A program made the translations under genes and the position numbers. From positions 10,417 through 74,416 of the forward strand of contig CAUSDE010000026.1 in the NCBI GenBank assembly GCA_963530045.1: a stretch of 64,000 nt of DNA, read 5' to 3'. Numbering within the stretch: position 1 is the first letter of the stretch; each line of letters begins with the position of its first letter. This document shows, piece after piece, positions 39,752 to 49,696 of this stretch. The notes under the pieces were generated by a model, which saw only the letters and a list, made by a program, of their open reading frames with translations, had not been told where the DNA came from and did no database searches. Source of the stretch: an uncultured Achromobacter sp. (GTDB lineage Bacteria > Pseudomonadota > Gammaproteobacteria > Burkholderiales > Burkholderiaceae_B).

Positions 39752-40045
39752 TCATCCGCGTTGCGGCGTCGCGGGGGCCGCGCTTTGCGCGGCGCCGCCG
39801 CGCAGGCGCAGATACTCCGCGTGGCGGCGCAAGTATTCGGCATCGTTGAGGTCAGGCGTGTCTTGCGTGCGCGAGAGTTCCGCCATCCCGGACTCGCGCC
39901 ATGCGCGCAGATCGGCCTGGATGTCGGCCTGCGTCAGCGTGCCGGCCGGGGGCGGCGGCACTTGGGTTTCTTCGGCGGCTGCGGCACTGCCAGCGGCAAG
40001 CGCGAAGACAAGTGTTGCGGCGGCGGATGCGAAGGTCATGGTCAT
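39752..40045 (-). CDS. Small secreted DUF4148-like protein
   Basis: AGGAG SD, signal peptide, LTQADIQADLRAWRESGM. Confidence 0.75.
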   Translation of the reverse strand: MTMTFASAAATLVFALAAGSAAAAEETQVPPPPAGTLTQADIQADLRAWRESGMAELSRTQDTPDLNDAEYLRRHAEYLRLRGGAAQSAAPATPQRG

Positions 40046-40112
40046 GTCGAGATCTCCTGTTGGTCGCATTCAATGCGGTTTGGGGGGATCGGCGTTTTCC
40101 GATCCTTGACGC

Positions 40113-40260
40113 CATTCTGGACAGCAGCGGCTGACCCCACCGTGACCCGCGCATAACATCTTTGTCAGCTTCGGCCACGCGATTTTCCGGGCTTGCGTCG
40201 TTTCGTCATTTCCGCGTCAGCAACGCGTCACGGTCAGGACAGTGTCGGGAATCTAGAGTG
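40113..40260. promoter_or_regulatory. Back-to-back promoters with OmpR/CusR-type GTCA repeats (DUF4148-like gene and RND operon)
   Basis: + strand: GTCA at 40205/40216/40227, then GTCACG-N20-CTAGAGTG; - strand: GTTA-N7-GTCACG-N20-CCAGAATG. Confidence 0.75.
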
Positions 40261-40292
40261 CATGCTCTTCACGTCTACGGGGCGACGCAGCC

Positions 40293-41495
40293 ATGGTGTC
40301 CTTCACGCAATTCCTGACGCGTCCGCGGATCATCGCGTCGGCTTCCTTTCTGGCGTTGGCGACCGCGGCAGCCGCCTATCTTTGGTGGCCGCGAGACAGC
40401 GGTGCGGCCGCGCCGGCCGAACGGCCAGCCGTTCCGGTGCGCATTGCGCTGGTGGAACGCCGGCCCGAATTGCCGATGCGCTTGCGCTTGCCTGGCGACG
40501 TCCGTTCCTTGCGCAGTGTCGATGTGCGCACGCAGGTCGATGGCGTGCTGAACGAGATCGCCGCGCAAGAGGGCGCCATGGTGCGGGCCGGAGACGTCCT
40601 GGCGCGCATCGACCATCGTGTGATCGAGTCCGAGCTGGTGCAAGCCCAGGCGCAGCACGCGATGGCGGCCGCGCAGTTGCACGTGGCGCGCCTCGATCTG
40701 GCGCGGTATCGCAGCCTACGCAAGGAAGAGGCCGTTTCCACGCAGATCCTGGAGCAGCAGGTGGCCCGGGTGAACGAGCTGCAAGCGTCTGCCCGCAATC
40801 TTGAGGCGGCCGTGCAGGCCCAGAAGGTCCTGCTGTCCCATACGGAGATCCGCTCGCCGTTGGAGGGCCGGGTCGGCCTGCTTCGGCTGCATGCGGGCAA
40901 TGTGCTACGTGCCGCGGAATCGCAGGTCATGTTCACCATCGTCCAGATGGATCCGATCGCGGTGGAAGTGTCGGTGCCGCAAGCGCTCTTGCCGCGCATC
41001 CAGGAGGCCTTGTCCGGCATGTCGGACGTGCCGGTGCAGGCGTATGCCAGCGACGGCGGAGCCGTTCTAGGCGAGGGCAGGCTGGCCCTGATCGACAACC
41101 AGGTCTCCGCGGCCAGCGGCACGATACGGTTGAAGGCGCTGTTCGACAATCGCGACGGCCGGCTCTGGCCGGGGCAGTCGGTCGTGGCGTCGGTGCAGTT
41201 GCAGGTGCTGCAGGACGTGCTGGTCGTGCCCGCCCGCGCGCTGCAGCGGGGCGACGGGCGCATCTTCGTCTGGCACGTCGAAGACGGCATGGCGCAGCCG
41301 CGCGAGGTAGACGTGCAGCATCAGACCGATACGCTGGCGGTGGTGTCGGGGGTGGACGCGGGCGCGGCCGTCGTCGTGGACGGCGCATCCCGCTTGTACC
41401 CGGGAGCGAAGGTGCGCACCGAGGCTGCGGGGGGCGGTACGCAGCCGCCTGGCGTGGCGATCGCGGGCAAGGTGGTCGCCGATGCAACGCGCTAG
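40293..41495 (+). CDS. RND periplasmic adaptor (MdtA/MexM-like)
   Basis: N-terminal TM, VRTQVDG, IRSPLEGRVG, IDNQV..ASGTIRLKALFDN, LWPGQ. Confidence 0.93.
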   Translation: MVSFTQFLTRPRIIASASFLALATAAAAYLWWPRDSGAAAPAERPAVPVRIALVERRPELPMRLRLPGDVRSLRSVDVRTQVDGVLNEIAAQEGAMVRAGDVLARIDHRVIESELVQAQAQHAMAAAQLHVARLDLARYRSLRKEEAVSTQILEQQVARVNELQASARNLEAAVQAQKVLLSHTEIRSPLEGRVGLLRLHAGNVLRAAESQVMFTIVQMDPIAVEVSVPQALLPRIQEALSGMSDVPVQAYASDGGAVLGEGRLALIDNQVSAASGTIRLKALFDNRDGRLWPGQSVVASVQLQVLQDVLVVPARALQRGDGRIFVWHVEDGMAQPREVDVQHQTDTLAVVSGVDAGAAVVVDGASRLYPGAKVRTEAAGGGTQPPGVAIAGKVVADATR

Positions 41496-44400
41496 CCTTT
41501 ATGCGTGGTGCATCGCGCATCCCGTCGGCACGGTGCTGTTGACGGTCGCCGTAGTGCTGTTGGGCGCGCTGGCGTATGCGCGTCTGCCCGTGGCGCCGCT
41601 GCCTGAAGTGGACTTTCCCACCATCCAAGTCGAAGCGCGGCTGCCTGGCGCCAGCGCCCAGACCATGGCCTCGTCGGTCGCCACGCCGCTCGAGGTGCAG
41701 TTCAGCGCGATTCCCGGCGTCAGCGAGATGACCTCGTCCAGTTCGATTGGCGCCACCACGCTGACCTTGCAGTTCTCGCTGGACAAGAACATCGACGTGG
41801 CGGCCCAGGAATTGCAGGCAGCCATCAATACCGCCGCGGGCCGTCTGCCCGCCGACATGCCCAACCTGCCCACCTGGCGCAAGGTGAATCCGGCGGACAG
41901 CCCGATCCTGATCCTCAGTGTGACGTCGGAGACCTTGTCGTTGACCGAACTGAGCGATCACACGGAGACCGTGCTGGCGCGCCAACTGAGCCAGGTGGAA
42001 GGGGTGGGCCAGATCACGCTGACGGGCCAGCGCCGGCCCGCGATACGTGTGCGCGCCAATCCCGAGTCGCTGGCGGCCACGCGCAGCAGCCTGGAAGACG
42101 TGCGCAGCGCCATCCAGCGCGGCAGCGTGAACCTGCCCAAAGGATCGCTGTTCGGCGCCGAACGCGTGGCGACGCTGGACGTGAACGACCAGTTGTTCGA
42201 TCCGGCGGACTACGGTGAACTGGTGATCGGCTACCGCGAAGGCCAGCCGGTGCTGCTGAAAGACGTCGCTACCGTCGAGCACGGCGCCGAAGATGATTAC
42301 GCCGGGGTGTGGCCCAACGGTAAACCGGGGGTCGGCGTGATCATCCGGCGCCAGCCCGGGGCCAATATCGTGGCGACGGCGGACCGCATCATGCAGGCGC
42401 TGCCGGCCCTGCAGGCGGCGTTGCCTGCCGATGTGGCCGTGGAGATCTACAACGACCGCACCCGCACCATCCGGTCGTCGCTGCACGAGGTGCAGTTGAC
42501 GCTTGTCGTGGCCATCGTGCTGGTGATCGCCGTGATGGCGGCATTCTTGAGGCAGGTGTCCGCCACATTGATCGTGTCCGCGGTGCTGGGGGTGTCGCTG
42601 GTGGCGACGTTCGCCGTGATGTCCCTGGCGGGATTCAGCCTGAACAACCTGACGCTGGTGGCGATCGTGGTGGCCGTGGGCTTCATCGTGGACGACGCCA
42701 TCGTGGTCATCGAGAACATCCACCGGCATCTTGAGGCCGGAGCGGGCATGCGCGAAGCGGCGCTCAAGGGCACCAGCGAAATCGGATTCACCGTGGTGTC
42801 CATCAGCGTGTCGCTGGTGGCGGCCTTCACGCCGCTGCTGTTCATGGACGGCATCGTGGGCCGGCTGTTCAGCGAATTCGCGCTGACTGCCACCGCCGCC
42901 ATCATGGTGTCCATGGTGGTGTGCCTGACGCTGGCGCCGACGCTGGCCAGCCTGTTCATGAAGCCGCAAGCGCATCCGCCCGGCACGGCGACCGGCCCGT
43001 CCGGCCGCCTGGTCACGCTGTACGAGCGGGCGCTGGATTGGGTGCTGGCACGCCAGCGCGCGACCTTGCTGGTGTTCCTGGCGACGGTGCTGGCCAGCGT
43101 CGCCAGCTTCGTGGCGATACCGAAGGGGTTCTTCCCGCTGCAGGACACGGGATTCATCATCGGGGTGACGCGCGCCGCTTCCGATATTTCGTACGAGGAC
43201 ATGGTGGAAAAGCACAAGCGGATCGAGGCCATCGTCCAGGCCGATCCGGACGTGGTGGGCGTCAACCACGCGGTGGGCGGGGCGGCGACGCTGGGCAATG
43301 GCCGCCTCTGGCTCGTGCTGAGCGATCCGGACGCGCGCAAAGCGTCGGCCAGCCAGGTCATCGACCGGCTGCGCCCGCAGTTCGCCGAGATTCCCGGCAT
43401 CCAGGTGTTCTTGCGCGCCGCCCAGGACATCAACATCGGGGCGGGGCAGCCGCGCGCGCAGTACCTGTACGTGATGCGGGCCCAGGACAGCGCCCAACTG
43501 GCCGACTGGGCCGAAAAGCTGACGGCGCAGTTGCAGCGGGACCCCTTGTTCCGCGACGCGTCGCACGACCTGCAATGGGACGCCCAGATCACCCGGCTGA
43601 CGATCGACCGGGCCGAAGCGGCGCGCTACGGTTTCACGGCAAGCGATGTGGACAACGCGCTGTACGATGCCTTCGGCCAACGCCAGATCAACCAGATCCA
43701 GACCGAGGCCAACCAGTACTACGTGGTGCTGGAGATCGACCGACATCAGCGCGGCACGGCCGACAGCCTGGCGTACTTCCAGTTGCGTTCGCCGTCGACC
43801 GGTGAGATGGTCCCTTTGCTGAGCTTCGTTCGGGTCGAGCCGGCGGTCAGGGGGCCGGCGGTGATCGTGCACGACGCGCTGCTGCCGGCGGTCAACCTGT
43901 CCTTCAACCTGGCGCCGGGGGCGGCGCTGGGTGATGCGGTGGACCGGCTGGAGCAGATCCGCGCCGACCTCGACATGCCGGCCAATGTCACCGGCACCTT
44001 CCAGGGCGCGGCCCAGGCCTTCCAGGACTCGCTGGCCAGCCAGCCCTGGCTGATCCTGGCGGCGCTGCTGGCGGTCTACATCATCCTGGGCGTGCTCTAC
44101 GAGAGCTTCGTGCACCCGCTGACAATTCTCTCCACGCTGCCGTCCGCGGGTTTGGGCGCCATCCTGTTCCTGTGGCTGTGGCGCCTGGATTTCTCGGTGA
44201 TGGCGTTGATCGGGTTGATCCTGCTGATCGGCATCGTCAAGAAGAACGGCATCCTGCTGGTCGACTTCGCGCTGCAAGCCCAGCGCGAGCGCGGGCTATC
44301 GGCGCAAGCGGCGATCCGGGAAGCCTGCTTGACGCGGTTCAGGCCGATCATCATGACGACGCTGGCGGCCGCGCTGGGCGCGGTGCCGTTGATGCTGGCG

Positions 44401-44583
44401 TTCGGCACGGGCGCCGAGCTGCGTGAACCCCTGGGCGTGGCCATCGTGGGCGGCCTCGCGGTCAGCCAGGTGCTGACGCTGCTGACCACGCCGGTCGTGT
44501 TCCTGGCGCTGAACCGCCTGTTCCTGGAACGCCGGGCCGCGACGCACGCGGCACAATCCCTGAAAAAGAGCGGATCGGCATGA
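41482..44583 (+). CDS. RND efflux permease (MdtB/C family, MexN-like)
   Basis: LPEVDFPTI, MASSVATPLE, KVNPADSP, VDDAIVVIENI, GIVKKNGI, RFRPIIMTT. Confidence 0.96.
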   Translation: MQRASLYAWCIAHPVGTVLLTVAVVLLGALAYARLPVAPLPEVDFPTIQVEARLPGASAQTMASSVATPLEVQFSAIPGVSEMTSSSSIGATTLTLQFSLDKNIDVAAQELQAAINTAAGRLPADMPNLPTWRKVNPADSPILILSVTSETLSLTELSDHTETVLARQLSQVEGVGQITLTGQRRPAIRVRANPESLAATRSSLEDVRSAIQRGSVNLPKGSLFGAERVATLDVNDQLFDPADYGELVIGYREGQPVLLKDVATVEHGAEDDYAGVWPNGKPGVGVIIRRQPGANIVATADRIMQALPALQAALPADVAVEIYNDRTRTIRSSLHEVQLTLVVAIVLVIAVMAAFLRQVSATLIVSAVLGVSLVATFAVMSLAGFSLNNLTLVAIVVAVGFIVDDAIVVIENIHRHLEAGAGMREAALKGTSEIGFTVVSISVSLVAAFTPLLFMDGIVGRLFSEFALTATAAIMVSMVVCLTLAPTLASLFMKPQAHPPGTATGPSGRLVTLYERALDWVLARQRATLLVFLATVLASVASFVAIPKGFFPLQDTGFIIGVTRAASDISYEDMVEKHKRIEAIVQADPDVVGVNHAVGGAATLGNGRLWLVLSDPDARKASASQVIDRLRPQFAEIPGIQVFLRAAQDINIGAGQPRAQYLYVMRAQDSAQLADWAEKLTAQLQRDPLFRDASHDLQWDAQITRLTIDRAEAARYGFTASDVDNALYDAFGQRQINQIQTEANQYYVVLEIDRHQRGTADSLAYFQLRSPSTGEMVPLLSFVRVEPAVRGPAVIVHDALLPAVNLSFNLAPGAALGDAVDRLEQIRADLDMPANVTGTFQGAAQAFQDSLASQPWLILAALLAVYIILGVLYESFVHPLTILSTLPSAGLGAILFLWLWRLDFSVMALIGLILLIGIVKKNGILLVDFALQAQRERGLSAQAAIREACLTRFRPIIMTTLAAALGAVPLMLAFGTGAELREPLGVAIVGGLAVSQVLTLLTTPVVFLALNRLFLERRAATHAAQSLKKSGSA

Positions 44584-45944
44584 TGACTCGCACGAAACGG
44601 TTGCCGGCCCTTGCCGCGTTGACGCTGTTGGCCGCCTGCTCGGCCGTGCCTCCGGAACTTGCGGCGCCCGCCCGGCCGCATTCCGCTGAAGGGGTGCTGG
44701 AGCAGGCGGGGATGCCCCTGCGCTGGTGGGAGAGCTTCGAGGATCCGGCACTGGACCGCCTGCTTTCGCAAGCGTTGGCGTCAAACCTGGACCTGGCGGC
44801 GGCGGCCGAGCGCATCCGGGAACAACGCGCCCAACGCCGGCTGGCGGGCGCCGCGTTGTTCCCGGTCGTGAACGCCGGCGCCAGCGCGCAGCGGGCCGCA
44901 GCCGTCGAACCGGCGTCCTGGGCGGGCCTGGACCTGTCCTGGGAGCTGGACTTGTTTGGACGGCTGCGCGCGCAGCGAGATGCCGCACAGGCCCAGGAGC
45001 AGGCAACCGAGCACGACTACCAGGCGCTGCGGTTGAGTTTGATGGCGGAAGTGGCCGTGGCGTATTTGCAATTGCGTCTGGCCGAGCAACAGGCGCGGCT
45101 TGCGGAAAGCACCGGCGAAGTCCTCCGGCGGACCAGCGCCCTGGTGGAGGCGCGCCGGCGGCTGGGAATGGCCAGCCGGCTGGATGCCGAACGGATGATC
45201 GCCGAGTCTGAATCGACGTATGCCGAAGTGCCGCTCGCGCAGCAGCAAGTGACGGCGGCGCGCCATGCGCTGGCCTATCTGCTGGCAACGGAGGTGGCCG
45301 CCATCGACGATGTGCTGGCCCTGGGCGGCGGGCAGCCGCAAGTGCCGCATCGGGACGCCCTGGAAGCGCTGCTGGCGATGCCGGTGGACGCGTTGCGCTG
45401 GCGGCCCGACGTGCGGGCGGCGGAACGGCGCATGGCGGCCTCCGGCGGCGAACTGGCGGCCGAACGGGCCGCACGTTTTCCGCAGCTGACCTTGGGCAGC
45501 CTGGGAGGCGTCGAGCAGGGCGTCAGCGGGCCGGCCTGGACGCTTGGCCTGCAACTGCTGCAACCCTTGTTCGACTTCGGCAGGATCCAGTCCCGCATCG
45601 ATGGCGCGGACGCCAGGCTGGCGCAGAGCCGGCTGGCTTATGCGTCGGCGCTGCGGCTGGCGGTCAGGCAAAGCCAGACCAGCATCCACGGCTACGGCCA
45701 GTCCATGCGCCGGGAGGCGCGGCTGGACGCCGCGGCGACGGCTGCCAGCCAGGCGGTCGGGCTGGCGCGACGGCAGTACGAGGCCGGCATGGTGTCGTTG
45801 CTGGAGGTGCTGGACGCGGAGCGCAGCGCCTACGATATCCAGCGTTCGCTCGCCAGCGCGCGGATCGATGTCGCGTTGCGCTGGGTGGAGATCTACCAGA
45901 CGTTGGGGGTCTACAGCGACGTGCCCGCCGCCCGCGCGGGGTGA
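44580..45944 (+). CDS. Outer membrane efflux lipoprotein (OprM/NodT family)
   Basis: Lipobox LAAC, WWESFEDPALDRL, SWELDLFG, RPDVRAAERR, LEVLDAER. Confidence 0.93.
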   Translation: MMTRTKRLPALAALTLLAACSAVPPELAAPARPHSAEGVLEQAGMPLRWWESFEDPALDRLLSQALASNLDLAAAAERIREQRAQRRLAGAALFPVVNAGASAQRAAAVEPASWAGLDLSWELDLFGRLRAQRDAAQAQEQATEHDYQALRLSLMAEVAVAYLQLRLAEQQARLAESTGEVLRRTSALVEARRRLGMASRLDAERMIAESESTYAEVPLAQQQVTAARHALAYLLATEVAAIDDVLALGGGQPQVPHRDALEALLAMPVDALRWRPDVRAAERRMAASGGELAAERAARFPQLTLGSLGGVEQGVSGPAWTLGLQLLQPLFDFGRIQSRIDGADARLAQSRLAYASALRLAVRQSQTSIHGYGQSMRREARLDAAATAASQAVGLARRQYEAGMVSLLEVLDAERSAYDIQRSLASARIDVALRWVEIYQTLGVYSDVPAARAG

Positions 45945-47062
45945 TGGCAGGCGGCCAGCACGCTGTCGTAGATGTCCAGCGTGCGGCCGACGAAACGCCG
46001 GACACCGAATTCGGCCACGCTTTTCGCGCGCGCCGACCGGCCCATGGCCCGCAGGCGCCCGCGTTGCAGGAGGATCTGCGCCAGGCATTGCGCGATGGCG
46101 GCCGGCGATCCGGGATCCACTATCCAGCCGTCAACGCCGTCCGTGATGTTCTCGGGCAGGCCCGCGTAGCGGCTGACCATCACCGGCTTGCCCATCGCCA
46201 TCATTTCGCGGCACGCGAACGAAATGGTCTCGATCCGGGTCGACAGCACGAATCCGATGTCCAACGCCGCCACGAACGGCCGCACGTCGGGCAGGAGGCC
46301 CGCATAGTAGACGTGATCCTCCATGCCCAGCGCCAGGACGCGGGCCTGCTGCTCGACCGTGGGCGGCTGACCGGCCACGGCCACCAGCACCTGTTCGCGC
46401 AAGGTAGGGGGCAGCAAGGCGACGGCTTGCACCATATGCAGCCAGTTCTTGTAGGAAGCCGTGCCGGCGTTGCTGCCGATGACGAGGCGGCCTGCGGTGC
46501 GGACGGGCCAGCTGTTGCGCACGCCGGCGCCCGCCGCGTGGGAATAGGGTTGGAACCAGTCCGTGTCCACGCCGTTCTTCACGGTCGAAATGGGGCGCCG
46601 GGCATAGGCCGACCGCTGCAGTTTCCGATGGGTGTCTTCGCAGACCGCGATCACGTGATCGGTGGCCAGGCTTGCGCGCAGAAAGGCTCCCAGCCCCGAG
46701 ACCTCGTGGTTGTCGTGCTTTGTGTACACGATCCGCGGCCCCGGTCCGGCCATTTTCATCCTGGCAAGCATCGCGCAGCGGTGGTCCAGCGAACCGTTGA
46801 CGTGCACGATGTCGAATTCGCCGGCCGCCATGATGTCCGCCAGGCGCGAGACCAGGGCGGGCGTGTGCCAGATGCGGCTGGAATAGTCCACCGCCATGGC
46901 TTCGGCAAGACCGGCCTGCCGCGCTTGCCCGTACAGGCGGCTGGTCCGCGGGGCAGCCAGGGCGACGTGATGCCGCGGTCCCAGATGCTGGATCAGGGTG
47001 GTGAGATAGGTGGTGTGCCCGCCGCCATCGCCCTTGTGGTAGTTGGTGTAGAGGATTTTCAT
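45911..47062 (-). CDS. GT4-family glycosyltransferase
   Basis: MKILYTN..GGGHTTY, DIVHVN, NGVDT, E-X7-E (ETISFACRE), AMGKPV. Confidence 0.92.
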   Translation of the reverse strand: MKILYTNYHKGDGGGHTTYLTTLIQHLGPRHHVALAAPRTSRLYGQARQAGLAEAMAVDYSSRIWHTPALVSRLADIMAAGEFDIVHVNGSLDHRCAMLARMKMAGPGPRIVYTKHDNHEVSGLGAFLRASLATDHVIAVCEDTHRKLQRSAYARRPISTVKNGVDTDWFQPYSHAAGAGVRNSWPVRTAGRLVIGSNAGTASYKNWLHMVQAVALLPPTLREQVLVAVAGQPPTVEQQARVLALGMEDHVYYAGLLPDVRPFVAALDIGFVLSTRIETISFACREMMAMGKPVMVSRYAGLPENITDGVDGWIVDPGSPAAIAQCLAQILLQRGRLRAMGRSARAKSVAEFGVRRFVGRTLDIYDSVLAACHHPARAAGTSL

Positions 47063-47124
47063 GGTTGCCAGGCGCAGGGCGCCCGCAAGACGGGCGGCAC
47101 TTGCTTGAAGGTTTGAATTCCTGG

Positions 47125-47257
47125 CACTCTAGTCAGGTGCGACTTACCCTAGCGTGACCTGTTGCTGACGCGAGGGCGTCACAAAACTGACAAAACCCTT
47201 GCTGACAATTGCGTCAGGTTCGGGTCATGTTCTTGACGGGGTTGCCAGGCTAGAGTG
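47125..47257. promoter_or_regulatory. Back-to-back promoters with the same box (GT4 gene and response regulator)
   Basis: - strand: CGCGTCAGCAACAGGTCACG-N20-CTAGAGTG; + strand: GCGTCAGGTTCGGGTCATG-N20-CTAGAGTG. Confidence 0.78.
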
Positions 47258-47356
47258 ACGGTGCGCCGTTGTCGCTGGCGCAGGGGTGCGTGCCGGCGGA
47301 GAAACCCGGTGGCGGCCGCGTCCAATCAAGACCTACTGAGAAGGCCCTCGGAGAAA

Positions 47357-48061
47357 ATGCGCCTGTTACTTCTGGAAGACGAGGCCAAGACGGCCTCGTA
47401 TATCAAACGGGGCCTGACCGGCCTGGGCTACACCGTGGATGTGGCCGACGACGGCACCGAGGGCCTGTTTCTGGCGCTCGAGCAGGACTACGACGGCATC
47501 ATCCTGGACGTCATGCTCCCTGGCCACGATGGCTACACCGTCCTGGAGCTGCTGCGCGCGCGCAAGAAGACGCCCGTGCTCATGCTGTCGGCGCGGGGCT
47601 CGGTCGACGAGCGCGTCAAAGGGCTGCGCAAGGGCGCCGACGACTATCTCCCCAAGCCTTTCTCGTTCACCGAACTGGTCGCACGCATCCAGGCGCTGCT
47701 GCGCCGGGGCGCGGGAGCGGGCGGCGAATCCACCTTGCTTCAAGTCGCCGACCTGCAGGTCGACATGATGGCGCGCCGGGCGATGCGCGGCGGCCAGCGG
47801 CTGGACCTGACGGCCAAGGAGTTCGCGCTGCTCAGCCTGCTGGCCCGGCATGAAGGCGAGATCCTGTCCAAGCTGATGATCGCGGAACAGGTCTGGGACA
47901 TGAATTTCGACAGTGACGCCAATGTGGTGGAGGTGGCCATGCGGCGGTTGCGGGTCAAGGTCGACGCGCCGTACGACAACAAGCTGCTGCATACGGTGCG
48001 GGGCATGGGCTATCTGCTGGAAAGCCGCGACCTGCCCGGCGCGGCGCAACCGGTCGACTGA
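47357..48061 (+). CDS. OmpR-family response regulator (CusR/CzcR/IrlR group)
   Basis: LLLEDE, ILDVMLP, GADDYLPKPF, VWDMNFDSDANVVEV, LHTVRGMGY. Confidence 0.95.
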   Translation: MRLLLLEDEAKTASYIKRGLTGLGYTVDVADDGTEGLFLALEQDYDGIILDVMLPGHDGYTVLELLRARKKTPVLMLSARGSVDERVKGLRKGADDYLPKPFSFTELVARIQALLRRGAGAGGESTLLQVADLQVDMMARRAMRGGQRLDLTAKEFALLSLLARHEGEILSKLMIAEQVWDMNFDSDANVVEVAMRRLRVKVDAPYDNKLLHTVRGMGYLLESRDLPGAAQPVD

Positions 48062-48064
48062 ACG

Positions 48065-49450
48065 ATGAGAGCGTCCATCTCAACGCGCCTGGCGTTGATG
48101 TTCGGCTTGTCCGTGGCGCTGATCGTATCGGTCTGCGCGGTGCTGCTGCACGGCTCGCTGAAGGCGTCGTTGCAGCAGCAGATGCGCAACGAGCTGGAAT
48201 TGCGGCACTCGCTGCTGGATCCGTTGCTGATGTCGCGCGATTCCAAAGAATCCTGGGCGAAAGCGATCAACAAGCTCAACGCGCTGGCGCCGGACGACGG
48301 TCCCGACGCGCAGCACTGGGTGGCCAGCGACGACCCTTTTTACCGTTACGGCGTGGACGCGCCGCAGGGCGTCGATTGGCGGGCCGTGCCGGACGGCTAT
48401 TCGACGCTGCCGCTTGAGCGCGGCTGTTGTCCGCTGAATGTCTTCATCACGACGCTGGCGCCTTTCGGCAGCCGTCCCGAGGTCCGTTTCATTGTCGCGC
48501 TGGATTCCACGCCCTACATGAAGACGTTGGGCGACTTCACCAGCACGCTGGTCGGCATGTCGATCGCCGGCACCTTGCTGGTCGCGCTGTTGGGCTATTT
48601 CATCGCCCGCCTGGGCCTGTTTCCGGTCAGGCGCCTGAGCGCGCAGGCTCACGGCCTGGCGCCGGGAAACTCCGGTCAGCGTTTGCGCACCCGGCATCTG
48701 CCCGCGGAAATCAAGGACATGGCCGTGTCGTTCAACGGCGTGCTGGAGCGGCAAGAAGTGGCGTGGCGCCAGCTTGAGAGCTTCAACGCCGATGTGGCCC
48801 ACGAACTGCGCACGCCGCTGACCAACCTGGTGGGGCAGACCCAGCTGGGCCTGGCGGTGGGCAAGGACGTGCACGAGTTCAAGGAGCTGCTCCAGTCCAA
48901 CCTGGAGGAGCTTGAGCGGATGACGTCGATCATCAACGACATGCTGTTTCTGTCGCACGCGCAAGTCGGCCGGATGGCGATGGACCTGAGCGACGTGTCG
49001 TTGCGCGAAGAGGCGGCCAAGACCACGGAATATGTCGAACCGCTGTTCGGGGACAAGGATCTGACCGTGACGCTCAACGGCGATGCGCGCGCGCTGATTG
49101 ACCGCAGGCTGTTTCACCGGGCGCTGGCGAACCTGCTGGAGAACGCGGCGTTCTACGCCAAGCCGGGAACCGACGTCGCGGTCGCGATGCAAGAGCAGAC
49201 CGGCATGGCGCAGGTGTGCGTCTCCAATGTGGGCGACCCCATCGACGCCCAATCGTTGCCGCGCCTGTTTGAACGCTTCTTCCGGGTGGAGTCCGCCCGC
49301 ACGCAAAGCGACAAGCACCACGGCCTGGGCCTGTCCATCGTGAAGGCCATCGCGTCGATCCACCAGGGCGACGTGTTCGTGCGCAGCGAAAACGGGGTCA
49401 ACACGTTCGGGTTCACCATGGCTTGCCGGCCAGCGCCGGGCGCGCAATAA
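48065..49450 (+). CDS. Sensor histidine kinase (CusS/CzcS-like group)
   Basis: Two TMs, HAMP, ADVAHELRTPL, NLLENA, LFERFFR, HGLGLSIV. Confidence 0.95.
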   Translation: MRASISTRLALMFGLSVALIVSVCAVLLHGSLKASLQQQMRNELELRHSLLDPLLMSRDSKESWAKAINKLNALAPDDGPDAQHWVASDDPFYRYGVDAPQGVDWRAVPDGYSTLPLERGCCPLNVFITTLAPFGSRPEVRFIVALDSTPYMKTLGDFTSTLVGMSIAGTLLVALLGYFIARLGLFPVRRLSAQAHGLAPGNSGQRLRTRHLPAEIKDMAVSFNGVLERQEVAWRQLESFNADVAHELRTPLTNLVGQTQLGLAVGKDVHEFKELLQSNLEELERMTSIINDMLFLSHAQVGRMAMDLSDVSLREEAAKTTEYVEPLFGDKDLTVTLNGDARALIDRRLFHRALANLLENAAFYAKPGTDVAVAMQEQTGMAQVCVSNVGDPIDAQSLPRLFERFFRVESARTQSDKHHGLGLSIVKAIASIHQGDVFVRSENGVNTFGFTMACRPAPGAQ

Positions 49451-49696
49451 GCGCCAGTCCGGGGTAGGGCCGCCGGACAGCGACTGGATATTCACCACTG
49501 CGGGATCGCTTCGCGCGCGCGGGCATTTACTGCCTGATTCGTGTGCGGCGGGATGTCGGCTGCGCGTCAGGCGAACGTATCGGTTTGAGATTCGATGTAA
49601 AAATTTGTAGGTTATTATCGCGCGGCTTGCGTGATTTGAATGAAAGCCGCATCAGGCATACGCCTGGGTTAATAACAGTCAGATTCAAAATCCGGT

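Noticed and set aside
40933..44277. Long antisense ORFs (e.g. 40933..44277, 51830..54292, 25142..27433, 17165..18841)
   Set aside because: Shadows of real high-GC genes on the opposite strand; Arg/His/Gln-rich with no motifs.
49561..49612. GCGTCAG upstream of the autotransporter as a fifth TCS box, or GT4 as an autotransporter glycosylase
   Set aside because: The second GTCA repeat and the N20-CTAGAGTG element are absent; known autotransporter heptosyltransferases are not GT4.
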